Under the pieces are notes generated by a model. It was given only the letters and a program-made list of their open reading frames with translations. It made no database searches and was not told the DNA's origin. Position numbers and translations under genes: made by a program. 64,000 nucleotides of DNA, taken from contig MU058198.1 in the NCBI GenBank assembly GCA_013265495.1, forward strand, positions 1,500,419 to 1,564,418. Direction: 5' to 3'. Positions 62,566 through 64,000 of this stretch are shown here, piece by piece; within the stretch, counting starts at the first letter, position 1, and each line of letters opens with the position of its first letter. Source of the DNA: Vicugna vicugna. Taxonomy: Eukaryota.

Positions 62566-62810
62566 CTAGGGGTCCAAAGTTTCTCCTCTCTTGAACAACA
62601 GCATGGAAGAAGCAAAGGCCAAACAACAGCTTTTGCCACATCACCGGTTTTGTACAGCTTTGGAAGAACACGGGGTCTGAGATGGGGTCATTGAGGTAAG
62701 AGCGCAAGAGGTTGGCCCGGAGTCCTTTGGGGGGTTCGTTGGTCATTTTGATCCCGTTCTGAAGGATGCTGACTGGAAATTTCTCTGATGGATAGCTGGT
62801 TAACCAGAGT
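62566..62810 (-). CDS. DNAH3: DNAH3 exon ((R)[34 protein letters not shown]...[16 protein letters not shown](G)); gene continues beyond the right edge
   Basis: 245 nt, phase 2/1; TTCCAG acceptor and AG|GTGAG donor; AAA6-region motifs RLWLTS, NEPPKGL and FHA.VQER. Confidence 0.96.
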
Positions 62811-63373
62811 CTGGAAGAAAACAGTCACAATTATTTAGAGCAAGGCAAGAAGTTTTATTGAAACACAGTAACAAAAAGTAATGACTAGCATTTACAAAGC
62901 ACCACTAAATACTGAATCCCATACTAAGAATTTAATGTACGTCCCCGTCATTTACTTTAATCCTCACAGCCACTCTATGACTTACTGTCCACTTTACCAA
63001 CGAGGAAACAGAGGCATGAGGAGGTCGAGGGTGTTTTTCAAGGACACGCCACTTAGAAGCAGCTGAACCGACATATGAATTCGGGACTCCCTGACTCCTG
63101 ATCAGCACGCCACACTCCCACACTCCTCTTACCGGGCTGTCTGAGCCTCTGTTAGGGTCAAACACTATACCCGGCACCACAGCAGTGGCCAAAGTGAGCA
63201 AAGTATTGCTTCTTGCTTCTATATACTCACAGCCTTACTTCTAGGGGAGGAAAGGGGAGCTGAGGAGGGGAGAAAAGACAAGCGAGCAGAATGCCAAGGC
63301 ATTAATTATAAAATCAAGACTGCAGGGAGGGAGGGAAATAACAGGCTGAGGGGGGTCCCTGAGGTGGGCAGAG

Positions 63374-63577
63374 CAGAAGCCTGCAAACTAGTGGCCAGGG
63401 AGGCAAATCCAGCCTTGGCCTGCTTTTGTAAATAAAGTGTTATTGAAACATGGCCACACCCCTTCATTTACATACTGTTTACGGATGCTTTCAGGCTACA
63501 ACAGCAGAGCCGAATGCCTGCAAAGCCTAAAATACTTACTGTCTGGCCCCTTACAGGAAAAGTTTGCTGACCTCTGT
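63374..63577. mobile_element. hAT-Charlie MITE, MER58A-like
   Basis: GCAAACTAGTGGCC...TTTTGTAAATAAAGTGTTATTGAAACATGGCCACACC...TCTGGCCCCTTACAGGAAAAGTTTGCTGACCTCTG. Confidence 0.8.
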
Positions 63578-64000
63578 CACAGAGACCAGTGGCGTTTGAA
63601 ATGGGTCTTGAGAAAACGGAAGATTTCTTTCCTTAAAATATAAAAGTTTATCTATGCCCGCAAAAAAATGGGAACATATGTAAAGGTATTTAGAAGGGAA
63701 AAAAAAATATAGATAGATATAATTTTACCATCTACAGGTTAACATTTTGGTATATTGTCTCCCAGGCATTTATTCATTTGTTTTTCTTACCCAAGCTCAA
63801 GTTACATACACACTGTAGCATCCTACTTTGTTTCATTTTTGTGTTTTTTTTTTTTTTTGCTAGAGAGTAAAGGGGTTTCCAACAGGAAGATTCGGGAATA
63901 AAAAGTCATTATTAAAGACACAAGAAACAGGCCAAAAAACTGCAGGGAGGAGGAAAAGTTGGGGATGTGGTAAAGCTTGGCAGGCAGTCTGCTGCCCTCC

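Noticed and set aside
49076..62810. DNAH3 pseudogenisation
   Set aside because: The eight exons total 1525 nt, join in one open frame (507 complete codons plus stop) and have GT-AG introns throughout.
1..64000. A novel multi-gene system (defence island, operon, CRISPR, intact endogenous virus)
   Set aside because: All convincing coding sequence belongs to LYRM1, DNAH3 or decayed transposons; no long unexplained ORF or array was seen.

Overview
Mammalian genomic DNA, most likely from a camelid (inferred from two Vic-1-like tRNA-derived SINEs; I recognised no Alu, Bov-tA/BovB or PRE-1). The window matches the DCUN1D3-LYRM1-DNAH3 gene block. Positions 1-~23.9 kb are a repeat-rich region with no coding exon, interpreted by synteny as the long first intron of minus-strand DCUN1D3. 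A CpG island at ~23.5-24.8 kb looks like a bidirectional promoter, with ETS and CRE half-site motifs and splice donors on both strands. LYRM1 is complete on the + strand (3 coding exons, 122 aa). The last 8 exons of axonemal dynein heavy chain DNAH3 are on the - strand (507 complete codons plus stop, frame intact). The rest is transposon relics (L1, L2, MIR, MLT1, MER21, ERVL-type internal sequence, hAT/Tigger/mariner MITEs); repeat family names come from my recall of consensus sequences, and boundaries are approximate. I cannot support a new multi-gene biological system here. The best leads are: a strong-Kozak upstream ORF running through the putative DCUN1D3 first exon; a rearranged composite L1 between probable TSDs; two substitutions in conserved DNAH3 motifs; a perfect 72-bp duplication in a LYRM1 intron; and overlapping sense/antisense first-exon candidates.
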